From Alphaproteobacteria bacterium (lineage in GTDB: Bacteria > Pseudomonadota > Alphaproteobacteria > Micavibrionales > SZUA-601): DNA of 64,000 bases. The notes beneath the pieces were generated by a model, which had not been told where the DNA came from, searched no databases, and saw only the letters and a list, made by a program, of their open reading frames with translations. The stretch is taken from the NCBI GenBank assembly GCA_965216395.1, contig OZ244156.1, positions 1,096,765 to 1,160,764 of the forward strand. The letters run 5' to 3'. The translations under genes were made by a program, and so were the position numbers. Of the stretch, positions 63,468 through 64,000 are shown in pieces (the stretch's first letter is position 1; each line of letters opens with the position of its first letter).

Positions 63468-64000
63468 TTTCTTCACCTGACCCTTTTGCAATCAGCATGT
63501 AATGGCGTTTTTCAATCAAGCCTTCATCATAAGCCATTTTCGCAGATTGTACCATTGTACGCCCTCTCTCAGGGAGAATTTTCAAAAGCTCAATAACCCA
63601 TTTTTCATGATCCATACTAAGGAATTTTTCCCGTAATTCATCATCAAAAACCAACCATTCACGCAATCCTACGCGCCCACCACCAATGCGGGGCAATAAT
63701 GTTTGTGTCACGATTAACCGCATAGATTCCATCAAAGAATAGGCGCGCTCATTGCGCTCAGAATGGTCAAAAGCAACAACCATACGCCGAATGGTTGCGG
63801 CCACACCATTCGTATGCACAGTTGTGTATACTGCGTGACCCGTTTGCGCCGCCTCAATAGCGGCTGCAATCGTTTCTCTATCACGTGATTCGCCCACTAA
63901 AATAATATTGGGTTTACGGCGTAAGGCGTTACGCACACCTGCTTCAAAACTTTTTAGATGACGCGGTATTTCTGTTTGAGCAATCAAACTCGTAGGGCCT
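63460..64000 (-). CDS. PilT/DotB-type hexameric secretion ATPase, C-terminal part; continues past the right window edge
   Basis: NIILVGESRDRETIAAAIEAAQTGHAVYTTVHTNGVAATIRRM (Asp/His boxes). The frame is open to position 64000 (...GPTSLIAQTEIPRH), since the track M is an internal TTG. The DotB/TraJ assignment is favoured by translational coupling to icmT/traK. Confidence 0.7.
   Translation of the reverse strand, partial: GPTSLIAQTEIPRHLKSFEAGVRNALRRKPNIILVGESRDRETIAAAIEAAQTGHAVYTTVHTNGVAATIRRMVVAFDHSERNERAYSLMESMRLIVTQTLLPRIGGGRVGLREWLVFDDELREKFLSMDHEKWVIELLKILPERGRTMVQSAKMAYDEGLIEKRHYMLIAKGSGEENV

Noticed and set aside
1-64000. CRISPR arrays, rRNA genes and IS transposases
   Set aside because: I saw no regularly spaced direct-repeat array and no rRNA-like conserved blocks. 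No DDE, IS200 or IS110-type transposase ORF is in the track. The only recombinase is the large serine recombinase at 14560-16269.

Overview
This is a low-GC chromosomal window, probably from an alphaproteobacterium. The evidence for that is flbT, an alpha-type flagellin with a sigma-54 promoter, and cmk-rpsA-ihfB and maf-rng synteny. It has three parts. (1) Positions 1 to about 21200 are a composite accessory island that ends at tRNA-Ala(GGC). It holds a truncated TolC/CzcC-type efflux gene and a co-oriented defence cluster: an RloC-like anticodon-nuclease ATPase, a single-chain Type IIG restriction-modification enzyme, and a tight three-gene operon of a DUF488 fusion, an unknown 272-aa protein and a split Zn-ribbon/HEPN protein. 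It also holds a GIY-YIG gene flanked by two GC-rich structured non-coding segments, and a phage-like module (ParB-methyltransferase, DUF5681/TerS-like, TerL ATPase without a nuclease domain, DUF2924, large serine recombinase). The island ends with a second GIY-YIG gene, a Fic gene, and a nitrosative-stress cassette (5'-truncated hmp, nsrR, group III truncated globin, DUF1971) bracketed by a ~170-200 bp direct repeat. (2) Positions ~21300-50000 are a housekeeping backbone: cmk, rpsA, ihfB, accD, folC, dCMP deaminase, murA, infA, maf, a short RNase E/G, tag, glpK, glpD, a two-component pair, and flbT-flagellin-flgK-flgL. Accessory material interrupts it: two convergent lipoproteins including a 1031-aa Cys-rich VWA protein, a decayed islet next to tRNA-Phe with three tandem ~110-aa paralogues, and lower mevalonate-pathway genes. 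(3) Positions ~50000-64000 are an R64/PAPI-1-like type IVb pilus operon (pilL-N-O-P-Q-R-S plus two large beta-helix-like PilV-type pilins). It sits directly downstream of IcmT/TraK-like and DotB/TraJ-like type IVB secretion genes that run off the right edge. My best candidate for an undescribed system is the DUF488-fusion / 272-aa / split ZnR-HEPN operon (1445-3938) beside RloC and the Type IIG enzyme. All family assignments come from motif recognition by eye; no database search was run.
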